DNA of 57,295 nt, counting the filler, from Platydemus manokwari (lineage: Eukaryota), in NCBI GenBank assembly GCA_037951405.1. It is 5 parts of 5 records of this genome, joined end to end, with 100 filler letters (N's around TTAATTAATTAA, not from the genome) between each part and the next. Parts side by side here need not be neighbours in the genome. Positions count along the whole stretch, not along the records: positions 18,307 to 32,978 come from JBBMOY011418089.1; positions 33,079 to 44,425 come from JBBMOY010744426.1; 3 more parts are not named here. One strand, 5' to 3'. The notes beneath the pieces were generated by a model, which was not told where the DNA came from, ran no database searches, and saw only the letters and a list, made by a program, of their open reading frames with translations. Below are positions 26,357-38,216 of this stretch, piece by piece; the stretch's first letter is position 1, and every line of letters starts with the position of its first letter. The position numbers were made by a program, and so were the translations under genes.

Positions 26357-26773
26357 TGTCACGAGTCTATAATAAATTATTATACAAGATGAGAACAGCA
26401 CCCGAAAGTCAAGAACAGTATGGAAGATCGGTTGTTGAAAATAACGTAAAAGTCAAGAATAGAGTACAGACCAAACAAGACTGGGAGCCATCATCTTTTA
26501 TAGACCTATTGAGTGTATCTGTTTCATGTCCAGGAGCTTCGTTTGGCATTTGCTAAATTCGCTCGTACATACTAGAAATTTCCCTTGCAACTCTCATGCA
26601 ATTGGCAGATATGTGAGTTTGCGCCATTTGTTTGTATGCGACAGTCGATTTTTAACTTCTAAATATGGAATTTGAATGGCTGTTGGAACGCGGGTTTATC
26701 AGATTTGTGTGTGTCAACCCTTTAAAGGGATATTTCCCTGGTTCCTATGAACAATTTGGCTGATTCCGTGACC
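26357..26773 (-). repeat. Solo-LTR-like repeat (same family as 10999-11543)
   Basis: Begins TGTCACG with a near-complementary CGTGAC at ~26767-26772. TATA-like CTATAAAAG on the minus strand (~26496-26504). Shares a motif with the 11-kb repeat. Confidence 0.4.
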
Positions 26774-27225
26774 AACCCAGCACTTAAAAAAATGTGTCAT
26801 GACTTATAGTTAGTCTTAATTCTTAAACATTTTCAAATTTAGTTAACAGCTTTAACTTAAATTTGTAATTTATTGTGGGCTTATTTGTTTTAAGCAGCTA
26901 TATTCGAATATTTGTTCAGTCCTGTCTCGGTGGCTAGTGAATAAAAAAAATATTGTTCATTTAGAATAATGATTCCGAATCAAGTGGATTATATTATTTT
27001 AATCAAATATTGTAAACATTTTAATTTTTACAATCGTACAAAAACAAGCCAATTTTCAGGAAGTCTCTCCCTGAAAGGCGTTTCGAATTTTTAATTCTAA
27101 AAATCAAACACATGCAAAAATACGAATTTGTTATATTTTTCTGTTAAAATGTGAGAAATATTGAAGGTCGTCTCACTTATTTGAGTAGCACATTGCTTAT
27201 TATTATAATCGTTATTGAGAAGAGG

Positions 27226-27227
<2 letters not shown>

Positions 27228-27256
<29 letters not shown>

Positions 27257-27375
27257 CATTATTACTATCATTATTATTATTATTATTATCATTATTATTT
27301 ATATCATTATTATTACTGTTATTATGATCATTATTATTTCTATTGTTATTAATATTAGTATTATTATTATTAGTT
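27228..27375. repeat. Degenerate (TAT/CAT)n microsatellite
   Basis: Visible trinucleotide run. Confidence 0.9.
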
Positions 27376-27981
27376 TTAGACTAAACTCGAAAAAAATTTT
27401 TATCTATGAAGTTCCGGTTGCATTAATACAACACGTAATACAACATTTATTCTTCAGGTCTGAGTTACGTCATATTTTAAGAGAATGCTGGTATGTGTAA
27501 CATTTGACATTGGAATGGTGCATCAACCTTAATGGAGTAATCAATCATTCTAATTGAAATTTCCCATCAATAATTATAATAATTATTATTTAATTAGATT
27601 ATTAATAATTTTTCTCAATATTAATATATTCCCATTGTATTACTATTATCACCATAAATATTATTATTATCATTAATATTTTATTAAACAACGTGTGTAT
27701 CTGTAATTAATATTAGCAATATAAAGAAAAAAAGAGAATAAATATGTAGTATATAAATAAATAAATCTAGTTACTGTGATGGACATTCTGATGTACAACC
27801 GCAAATTCAAAAATACAACTCTCATTACCCTTACATTTAAAATGATATTATGGCAATTATATTTATTTAATCATTCATTTATTAGAGAAATCTTTATTGG
27901 GTCTCATAAAATTTGTGCAATCAACATTTTATTTCGGCAACAAATATCTTTTTGTCAGATCTCGATATTGCTTGTTGAAAT

Positions 27982-29456
27982 TCATTTGTAAAATAATGAT
28001 TTCATCAAAGTCCATTGTTGTGATAAATAATCAATTGCATTTTTTATTTTCAAGATATACGTCGTCAATTTTACTTCAAGTTCATTCACATCCTACAAAT
28101 AAATTATTGATGATGTCATTCAAAATAAAGACAACTGAATTGAATATCAGAGTTTCTAGAAAGAGTTCGTTGATCGTAAATCACATCTAGCGTTCTATTC
28201 GTTATATTTTATTACAATGTAGAAAAGAAAACGGAAAAATTCATCCGTTATTATCAGTAGTACGTGTCAAATTAAGATGAAATGATTTACATTTACAGCT
28301 GTCTTACCAATAACCGATTGAAATTTCGTCGAAATCAGATATCTCCTGTCTATCGGATCTAATTTTTTATCATTGAAATTCTAAGAGATTCAAGCTATCC
28401 AAAACGATTTATCAATTTATTTCTAATCCGAATCTTTAAAGATTCTGCACTGAATTAGGAAATAGGTGAGACTAACTATTCTTATTATTTTACTTTTAAC
28501 TAACATTTCTTCTTTTATTTTTATTGAGAAAATAAATTTTATACATATCGAAATGAAGAAAAGACAACCACCAATAAATGGCTTGGAAATAATTTATTAT
28601 ATATTTACATGCGAATTGATGAAATAACATTTGATATCACAGTCTCTTTCAAATTAGTGAGAAGTTTTCACATCACTTCTCATCAATAGTTTCTTAAATT
28701 ACCATTCAATGATTTATTGAACTGTTGTGTGGAATTGTTAAGGTCATTGAATATGAATGTGGACTCCTTTTCGATTTTTGTGAGAGTTTTCGAATTGCCT
28801 TCGTAGCATTTTGTTGCATTTGTGAAATTCGAACTTTTCTTGGAACGCATTTGAGGAGTCAGTGCACGTTTGAGATGCTTTATGAATTGATTGAATCGAC
28901 TCGTTTGTTGTTCGGGAGATGAATTTCCCGATTCCTTGTTGTTGATTGGTTCGTTTTCAATGTTCACTTTGCCTGTAAACAATTGACAATAATTTGTATC
29001 ACATGACAGAATGGAATTACTTTTCATTCGCATAGATGGTGCTGGACCGAGAGTAACGATGCAATACTGTGATAAAAATTCTTTCTCGAATTTTGGAACG
29101 ACAATCTTCAAAATTGAATCACTTGATGGACGAGAAGAGTCTTTTGGTTTATTTACACGCAGCATTCTACAAGAGTATCAAGCATGATTATGCAATAGTC
29201 TTTGAATTACTTGAACTTTTGATGCTTCGATGAATCGTTTACTGTGCGAGAATAGATTTCATTTTCACTGCTCGTATGCTGGACTTTGCTATCATCAAGA
29301 ACAAAAATGAGAATCAATCAAAATAATTGTTACTTGGTTTGAAAATCAAATTGATTTAAGCGTCTTTGACTTCGGCTCTGACGAAACACATCGATTGGAC
29401 ATCTGAAAATGAATGAAATAAAGAAACTGAAGAATCTCAAATTATTACACTTTCAT
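27982..29456 (-). CDS. Multi-exon gene of unknown function
   Basis: Short GT-AG introns link MKV|CPIDVFRQSRSQRRLNQFDFQT|NKVQHTSSENEIYSRTVNDSSKHQKF|KMLRVNKPKDSS... (ORF 28683-29165). Later exon-like blocks are NFNDKKLDPIDRRYLISTKFQSVI and DVNELEVKLTTYILKIKNAIDYLSQQWTLMKSLFYK*. AATAAA lies ~85 nt past the stop. The middle exons were not fully resolved. Confidence 0.6.
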
Positions 29457-31702
29457 GATTCAAAATAGACTTTCGTTGTAATTAAGAATGCAAATCGATA
29501 TTAATTATAGATGTTTTATCTCCAATCCCATTGGTTGATTCCGATATCATCATATCCAATAATATCATCAATTTAGGTAATCGATGCCATGCGATATTTT
29601 TAGAAATTATTAATCGTTGTCATTCGTAAAACTCAAAGTAGGTGATATTTGACACACAATAGAAGTAATTGACACAGGTCCAACAAGCCTTTAGTAATTG
29701 CATCATTGGTTATGTATTGAAAAGTATTACTTCATACATTATCAATGTGATCTGAGTTGCGCGCACACTTATTAGGCATACCGATGCCTTTGGTTAAGTT
29801 AATTAAGAAGAATCTTTATTCAGCAGATTATAACGAAATGTCAAAAGCTTACGATTATTCAATTATTGTGCTTATCCAATAACATATCTATGTCTCCCTG
29901 TTTAAAATGAAATAGATAATTTTCAGAAAACAGTATGTCTAACAATGTATGAAGGCTGTACGGAATTTCGAATAAAAATTCGAGATGTGTCATAAAATTA
30001 TTCATATGAAGGAAAGATGTTTCTTTCTACACTTCATTAATCATGTAATGATATTAATTTCATGATCTTATATCATTGTGTAACATATCGAATTGTTTTG
30101 ATGAAAGGCTTTAATCATAAACGTTTCTACATAAGACAAGTACCGATGCAAATATTCCATCATAGAATGCACTCAGTTTGACAGATTATTTCTCGGTTAG
30201 TTAGTGAAATTCTGGCAACAATACTGGAAACAGATCAGATTGAATAACATTGAAACATTTAAATTCATTAGATTATGAATTCAGTTAAAATTTTGTGATG
30301 ATTTGTGTGATGGTTATTCTAATTAAAAGTTTTCATATATGAATTATTAAAAACTTTATAAAATTTAAGTGAAATTTTTATAATTAATTATTCTATGAGA
30401 ATTATATTATCTAAGTCATTACTTATCTTCACAAATTAATTTTCTTGAAATATTAGATTTTCTTTAATCAAAATGTATTTGGATTTTCATTTTTATCACC
30501 GATTAGGCTTTTGTTACAATAAATATTTTAAAAAAATCTGAATAGAAGGACATTTAGATATCAATTTTTTTAGATATCAAAATTTTGAGTTTCGAAAGTT
30601 AGATATCGTATTTAACTATATCGATAATTTTAAGACAATGAAATCATTTTTTACGAGATCCACTAGTAAGGAGATGTAACCATTTTGTATAACTTGAATT
30701 AAAACTGGCCCTGTAATTAAGAAAAACATAACACACCAATCAAAAATTATGAATTTCATAAAACATCAACCTCACCTAAACGTCTAACTAATCAAAGCTT
30801 GTTGAGAGTCACACTATGATAAATCGGTTTTTACCACTACTAGTAACAGTTGAAACGTTTAAAACCATTTTCTCATTAAATCATTTACTGCCCCTAATAT
30901 CAGTCTTTTATTTTATCTTCAATTCTGATATTCTATGATCATTATCGAATTGTATTTCTTTAATTAGACGTTTTATCAATTATTCGACCAAATCAATAGC
31001 ATGTGATATGTGGAGAAATGTTGATATATTTCTAGAAGCAAAAACGAACAATAAAAAAGTTTACTAAGACAATTTAGATAAGCCTTTAGGCTCGTTCGTT
31101 GTGATATTTATTTATTCCATTTTTAAGAATATAATAATAATTTCTTAAAGATCTTCAAATTTTATGAATTTTAATTAATTTGTTTCTCTGGCAGTGCTCT
31201 AGCAGTCTCGATTTTTGAAATTGATATTACTAAAACTGTCTAATTTAAAATATTATTAAATTATTTTTGAGTTGTTGTTATTTCTGGTTTTGGTGGCTTC
31301 AATAGCCTGTATGAAGACAAAATTATTGGAAAATTGTTTCTGTAATCTATAGATCTGATTTTAAAATTAATTTTAGATTGGCTGAGACTGCTTTTGAATC
31401 TTTTGAATTAACAATATCGCTAATAATTGTGGTAATCACCAATATCACTTATAATGATTACAAAATGTAGCCAATAAATTTATGTGAGCAATTGCTGTAA
31501 CTCACATGCAATTTGTGATTAATTTTAGAACTCAAGACAGTTTATTGATAAATACATATTTGGAACAATGAAAAATTTAATCAATGAAACAGTTAAAAAA
31601 TAGATAGCGTGCCACTAAATTTACCAGTCGTCGCAATCAGAAATGTCGGAAATATGGTATTTGAACAAATTATACGCAATGGTTGATAAAATGGTTGTTT
31701 AC

Positions 31703-32978
31703 ATCTGGTGTCAAATTCCGGTTATTAAGTTATAGACCCAATAAAAGAGCTTCACAAGAAACCAAAAAACCAAGTCGAAAAAAAGGAATTAGAAAGTAAC
31801 AACGATAGCGATACTAAAAAGAACGACGACTCAACAAAAATTTACATACTATACGAGCAAGAAAAGGAGCAAATGAGACAGCTCAAAGAAGAATTGGATC
31901 CGCCAAAACCATATACAAAGATTCAATATGGAATTAACAACATACAAAAAGATGGGAATCGGATACTCGTAGATGGCGTATTCGGATGCACTATTAGACG
32001 AGACGGAGATAAAATATTGATCGATGAAATATGGAAAGACGATTCAAGACCCTTAATGAAAGTTGAAATAAATAGCCGAAAAATACTTGCTTTAATAGAT
32101 ACTGGAGCCGATGTATCAATGATAAAAGAAAAATATCTGACACAAAAACAAGCCAAAGCAATGCAAAAGTATACCGCTAGTTTAATCGCGGCATCTGGAG
32201 ACAGAATTGCTGTTGAAGGAACAGTGAAATTACCCATGATTATAGATGGAAGACCAATAATTCACGATTTCAGAGTAGCAAATCAACGGAACAGTGAAGC
32301 TATAATCGGGATGGACCTCATGAGAAAACTAAAAGGATATATAGTTGATTTATCTACAGGACAGATCAGAAACACGCATGAGGAAGAAAAGGCCAAACAG
32401 GTTGCAGTCGTAAATGAAATACAGATTCCACCAATATGCGAGAGAATATTATCCGTACAACTATCTGAACCATTAAACGGAGATTGGCTATTCGAACCAA
32501 TAATTAACATGACTGGCAAAAACTGCCACGAGGGAGAGAGTTAGAAATCCCAAATACGATTGCCAAGTTGGAAAATGGAATGATGCCCATAAGGATCACT
32601 AATTACAGCATTGACAGCGTCACAATAATGTCCGGAACGGTCATTGGATCAGTATCAGAAGCCAGAGTAATGGACAAAACCGACGTCACCGAAGAAATCA
32701 AATTGTATCCGCCCGTAACCATAAACGAGGAAAGACTAACACCAGTACAAAACAAAAGGCTCCAAGAATTGATCGAAAAATATAACGATGTCGTGGCAAA
32801 ACATGAGTTCGATGTTGGCGATACAGATATCATGGAACATGAAATAATTCTGACCGATGACGTACCAATAAAGCTTAAGCATCGAACAATGCCATACAAG
32901 TTACAGGAAATTGCAGAGAAGCAGAAAAACCAATTATTAGCAGCAGGCATAATAAGACCAAGTGTATCACCATACAGG
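31703..32978 (+). mobile_element. Ty3/Gypsy element 5' internal part: PBS-like site, aspartic protease, dUTPase-like linker, start of RT (truncated by spacer)
   Basis: ...TTTACA-TC-TGGTGTCA at 31698-31713; ALIDTGADVS and AIIGMDLM (protease); PIRITNYS...GTVIG; HEFDVGDTDIMEHEIILTDDVPIK...GIIRPSVSPY (RT N-terminus). One frameshift near 32520-32540. Confidence 0.9.
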
Positions 32979-33078
32979 NNNNNNNNNNNNNNNNNNNNNN
33001 NNNNNNNNNNNNNNNNNNNNNNTTAATTAATTAANNNNNNNNNNNNNNNNNNNNNNNNNNNNNNNNNNNNNNNNNNNN
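32979..33078. other. Artificial assembly spacer
   Basis: N44-TTAATTAATTAA-N44. Confidence 0.97.
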
Positions 33079-34482
33079 TATTATTATAATCCTTTAAAAT
33101 AATTCGTGAAATATTTATTAAAAAATCAAATCGAACATAAATTATACCAAAACTACCAGCTTGATTTTAAAAGCCGTCAAATACATCCAATATCAAAGAA
33201 TCGCTAAATTTTCGTGTAGGACTGAATTTTATTGGGATTCATTTACACATCCATATCTACATTTCATTCTTTCAATTTTCTTTGTGATTCTCTACTTTCC
33301 ATCTTTTCGATTTTCCAAGTGGCCTCTTTCATGTTTGTCTTTAGTTATCCCCGATCTTTCTTCACTTCACCTCATTTTTGTCAGATTTCATGAGCATTTC
33401 TTTCTCGAACATTTGTTGCTTGATACTATCAGTACATATATTTAACAACAAAATCATAATGATCCTGATTATAATGTCGATAGGATAAAAGAAATAATAT
33501 TGATCATGATGATCCATAGAGGCAGAATTAGATTACAACGGAACAAAAAATATATTTTTCAATACATCAATTTTCAAACAAATTTTAAAATATTTAAAAT
33601 TCATTTCCATCTGAATTCAGTTCTTTCATAAATTCAAATAAAAATGCCCACATTTTTATATTGCATATTTACTTTTTAATTAAAAGATTTAAATTTTACT
33701 TTTAATAATTTTAAAACTGAGAATTTAACAGGATTTTTAAAGCAAAATCATTTTATAAATATTAATATGGTGTTTTTATTTTTAAAATAATTTTTTTAAA
33801 ATATCTTTTAACTCAAATTTTTGTAATTTTAATCTTATGTAAATTTTAAGAAATAGAGTAGCAAGAAGAGAAAATTAAAATAATAAGAAAGAACTTACAG
33901 CAAATATATGAAGAGGGAGTACCTCAAGACCAAGTAAAAGACATATTTGAATTAATAAAAAATAAATGCAATACCATATTCAGAGTTGGGAAAAGATCAT
34001 AGCGACATTAAGAAAATTAGATTCCAAGATAGAACTCCGTGAATACATAGTGACCATTGGGTTAAATAGAACAAAATCTTTTTGGAATATTAAATTGAAA
34101 TCAGATTCACGACAAATATGTAGAATAATTAAAATCAGAATTAGTTACATTAAAAAAGAAATGAGATAATGAATCTCTTATACGATAAGTTCGTTATAAC
34201 GACCAAATAATCTAACAGAACTACAACGATGCTAAGTGAAATGCATCCTGCTGAGTAACATTAGACCTTTCGGAGTAGCTTAGAATCAATTAGAGCAATC
34301 GTAGAAATATATTAGTATTCAAATAGCCATTATATATCTACTCTGCACTAATCATTTCTTGAACACCACTCATATTATTTATTGAACTATTATCAAATTT
34401 GTGAACCCGATTCGGCATTTTTTAAGTATGAAAAAGTGATGTATACGGCTGAAGTTGATTTATCATATGATCAATAATATTA

Positions 34483-34850
34483 TCAAATTTTAATACCTAA
34501 AACATACAAAGATAATTGTCCGCATAATTCTCCCTCTGTTTGTATTTGAAATTTATTATAAACAAAATCAGAATCAAAGAAATTATAAACTTCTCTGGTT
34601 GGTAAAATTCCATACGGATCAAAATACATTTTATGGGATTTACTTATTGAAACCCAATGCGAACCTTTTTCTTTTGTGGTTTCTAAATTCTTTATTATAT
34701 ATCGGCCGCAGGTTGACTTTAATTCATTTCTCATAATAATTTCAACATCCAAATTTAAATCATTAGAAATATCCACTAAATCAAAATTAGTAGTTTTATT
34801 GATTCCATACTTAGCTAGAAAATTTATTAAATCGAAATTTGTCTGGTAAA
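34483..34850 (-). pseudogene. Polinton/Maverick adenain-like cysteine protease (PRO)
   Basis: TNFDL...GSHWVS...YFDPYGILP...YNKFQIQ...LCGQLSLYVL shows the His-Asp-Gln-Cys arrangement of adenoviral/Polinton maturation proteases. Confidence 0.85.
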
Positions 34851-34940
34851 TGAAGTTGAACGAAGTTCCTTAAATGAAATCATCCCTTCATCCGGCATCC
34901 ATTTTTAAAAAATAAAAAATAAAAATTAAGGTAACCTTCT

Positions 34941-35045
34941 TCAGACTTTTTTTATTTTTATTTTTATAATTTCTCCATCAGGATAAATTGGTTTAGGTTT
35001 ACCAGTTCTTACTATCTGTTTTAAAAGTTTGTCATCGTTATACAT
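34941..35045 (-). CDS. Tiny basic ORF (34 aa) in Maverick fragment
   Basis: MYNDDKLLKQIVRTGKPKPIYPDGEIIKIKIKKV; its start overlaps the stop of the upstream ORF (AAAATGTATAA). Confidence 0.3.
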   Translation of the reverse strand: MYNDDKLLKQIVRTGKPKPIYPDGEIIKIKIKKV

Positions 35046-35370
35046 TTTTAAAATAAAATTTTTGTTCTTCTCTATCTTCAAAATCATGTTCATCACCATC
35101 TTCACCATCTTCATAATCATTCTCACAATCATAATCAACAATATAAACAAAAAGTAACATTGTTAATAAATAGTAAACAATAATCATAACAACAAATAAG
35201 AATAGATAAATTATAATATTAAAAGAAATTAAAAAATTAAATAAAGACAACAAATACTTTAAAATAATGTAATAATAATCCTTATCTAAATAATAATCTT
35301 TCTCATCCTCATCATCTTTATCATAATCATAATAATCTACAATATTCAATATTGAAGAAACTGCATACAT
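35038..35370 (-). CDS. 110-aa acidic / hydrophobic / acidic putative membrane protein in Maverick fragment
   Basis: ATG at 35370 (AAAAATG); D/E/Y-rich ends flank a ~45-aa hydrophobic stretch; lies between the MCP and PRO genes on the same strand. Confidence 0.45.
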   Translation of the reverse strand: MYAVSSILNIVDYYDYDKDDEDEKDYYLDKDYYYIILKYLLSLFNFLISFNIIIYLFLFVVMIIVYYLLTMLLFVYIVDYDCENDYEDGEDGDEHDFEDREEQKFYFKNV

Positions 35371-35411
35371 TTTTAAGTGAGGAACTTGAATGGAGTGAAC
35401 GAAAGTAAAGA

Positions 35412-35499
35412 GAAGGGGAGGAACTCCGTTCAACTTCGTTCGATGGATTTCATCAACTTCGTTCAATTTGAATAAAGTTGAACGGATTTCCTCCCCTTC
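35412..35499. terminator. Intergenic hairpin (25-bp stem, 1 mismatch) downstream of the capsid gene
   Basis: 35412-35436 GAAGGGGAGGAACTCCGTTCAACTT is the reverse complement (24/25) of 35475-35499 AAGTTGAACGGATTTCCTCCCCTTC. The hairpin is seen directly; the terminator role is inferred. Confidence 0.5.
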
Positions 35500-35556
35500 C
35501 CTTCCATTCAAATTTTATTTAAACATCCTGAATTGTAAACATCTTTCCATTCTTAA

Positions 35557-35840
35557 CTAATATTTCAACAGATTTTTCTTCCCATATACAACAATAAGCT
35601 TTGCATTTAAATCTGATGATTTTTCAATTTCAATTGTTACTGTACATACATTAACTATTAATTTTTCATCTTGAGCTTGAACATCGAAACAAAATATTGA
35701 ATATAAATTCTGAAAATCTAACATATTCAATTGGGGGTATTTTTTAAATTCTTTACATAAATTAAGATAAGCATCACAAGGAGCATCTTGATTATTTTTT
35801 ATGATATCAAATTGCATTTTATTAGCCGGATAGTTACTGC
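35557..35840 (-). pseudogene. Polinton/Maverick major capsid protein, C-terminal fragment
   Basis: NYPANKMQFD...AYLNL...DFQNLYSIFCFDVQAQDEKL resembles the YP...Y...F..LY.IF.FDV..Q.E.L end of Polinton double jelly-roll MCPs; colinear with the PRO gene. Confidence 0.7.
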
Positions 35841-36268
35841 TTTAATTTAACTTTTAACAATTTTATATATTTATCATTTCCAATATTTTGAATGAATTTT
35901 GTAGAGTTAATAATAGTGGTAGTATAGATCAGTCTTTGGAGTCATATCCCGGGCGAGCAAAGAATTTTTATTGAGGTTATTAATGTCTTAATTAGTCTCG
36001 AGTTTGATTAAAAATTTTATTAACAATTTTAATTGAATCAAACTGATATCTAATAAATAAAGTTACTTTTTATTAAATTTCGATGTAATTATATCTTTGT
36101 TATTTAAAATAATTTTCATTAATTTTAAATTAATAAAAATTTCAATAAAACTAAACTTGTCTATTTTATTCGATCATTACCGTGTCATCTAAAAACTTAT
36201 CTTTTTAAAATATTCTATTAATTTATTGTTTTAATATTACATATAAATTGCCTTATTTTTCAAGTAAC

Positions 36269-38216
36269 ATGGATAAGGTTTTCATTTTAAAATCAAATTG
36301 TTTCATTTTTTATTTTTATGTTTAGATTGTTGATGATTTAAGTGCAGACAATAGTGATATCAATAAATATGTAATTATTTGGTATTTATATACATTGTTA
36401 AATTATACGAATGACATTTATATAATTAATATTCATAATTTTGAAATTATTTAAAAATTAGGTTCAGAAAAAAAATCATGAAAACCATATTGACAAAACT
36501 GACGAAAAACATGACACAGTGAATATTAATTAATTTTATTATATTTAATAATATTGGAAATTAGCAATCAAATGACGATGTGGAAGAGGAAGGTGAAATT
36601 CGTGATGTAAATGAGGTAGTTTAAATGACTTTAAAATTCATTTTTTAATTGCTATTGTCTAAAGTTAAACGATGTTGAAGGAGATGAAATGTTTGGTCAA
36701 ATATCTGGTATCAATGGATGCATTGATAATTTTATCAAACAGGTAAATATATATATCTTCAAAAAGTTATCAATGAACTTTGAAAATAATTAAGCAATTC
36801 AAAAGCAATTATTTCGACGATCTAATGTTTCCCGATGTCGACTATTTATCTGGAATCAGTGGAAATCTTTCGGATATCGATGCGTCATCTTTATTAAAAA
36901 ACGACGACAACCAAATCAGAGATCGTTATGATGTAAATATTTAACAATGACTTTTCGATGATGTGTTTTACCATTATAAAGATTCGCCAAATTCCGAAAA
37001 TAATCACCAGTGACAGCGAAACTGATGACGATTCAGAATCAGTAGAAGAAATCGATGTATATATTTTTTGAAATTGTATTTGACCTATGAGATATCATGT
37101 AATTCATTCAGCTCCCTAGTCACGGTAGCATATTGGATAGCTTGTTGAATAGTTCTCGAAACGATAAATGTCCAACTGATAAAACGAAAAAAGGAAGAAT
37201 CGTCGACAAAGATGCGGTGAGATGGGACAAACCCTTTTAAAAGAGATTTTAATTTTTGATGATAGGAGCTTGAATATTTGATTCCAATCGATTTACAGGA
37301 GCGATTATCAACAATTCTCATCACGGTAATGATTTCCCCCCCCATTTTATTTGCCTTATCATTGATGGGATTTCTCTCAGACTTCGGATCAATTGGAACT
37401 GGTCGGTACGGTGATTCAACGAATTGAAGGCACCCAAACAAGTAATTATCATCAATATAATATGTGTTGCGCAATAATAAATGATTGATTAAGTGACAAT
37501 GCAAGCCATTCATGCCGATCCAATACTCGATATCGATACCGTGGTATTTGATGAGCACAAACAGAAAATTGGAATGGTTGGCAATTATCGATTACAAATT
37601 CCTAATCAATCTCATCATCATTTAGATCGATAATATCTTCGGAACGAAAAAAGAACCGCTTTATCTCATCATTTGCAAGAATGTCGACACATGGAACTCG
37701 TTCAATGGCGGTGAACAGATATTCTGTGCACCCAAAGTCAAGAATGCCTATTTTACGGCTGTTGAGACCAATGAAATCATTCATGATCCCGACAGTGATA
37801 TTGCTTTCAGTGATGATGAAAAAGAAGAGGAACATCGTCGTAAATTGGCTGGAGAATCACAACCAAAAAAGAAACCAAACAAACGAAAAAGAAATAACAA
37901 AAATTTCCAAAATCACAATCAACAACCATCAACGGCGGGACGGAATCCGTTTCGAAGTGTCAACAAGAATCCGTTTGAAGTCCGACCGACAATGCAATAT
38001 TGGAATGGTCAACAACATAATCCTCGAATGAATCAAATGGGTCCACCATCCATGCAACAACCATTCACAAATTACGGTCCAATGTATCAACAGCCGATGT
38101 TTCAACCATTCAACATGAATTATCCTCCACCAACAATGATGATGCCACCACCACCTAATCATCAATATACATCATATCAGCAATTCCGTCAACAGTTCAA
38201 TCAATCACGAAAATGA
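36269..38216 (+). CDS. NAF1: NAF1, H/ACA RNP assembly factor (Gar1 domain), many short exons
   Basis: Acidic N-terminal exons from ATG 36269. Gar1-like core ELVGTVIQRIE...PILDIDTVVFDEHKQKIGM|IDNIFGTKKEPLY...QIFCAPK, then AFSDDEKEEEHRRK, a basic stretch and a Pro/Gln-rich C-terminus to the stop at 38214-38216. AATAAA at 38248-38253. Confidence 0.82.

Noticed and set aside
33900-34330. A-rich stretch with EGVPQ...FRVGK reminiscent of a LINE ORF
   Set aside because: Only isolated short motifs across broken frames; insufficient evidence.
35371-35511. N-terminal 47 aa of the 157-aa ORF called from a TTG at 35511
   Set aside because: It runs through the intergenic hairpin; the ATG at 35370 is the more plausible start.
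37085-37835. Minus-strand ORFs of 157 and 77 aa
   Set aside because: Antisense to NAF1 exons and introns; no recognisable motifs.
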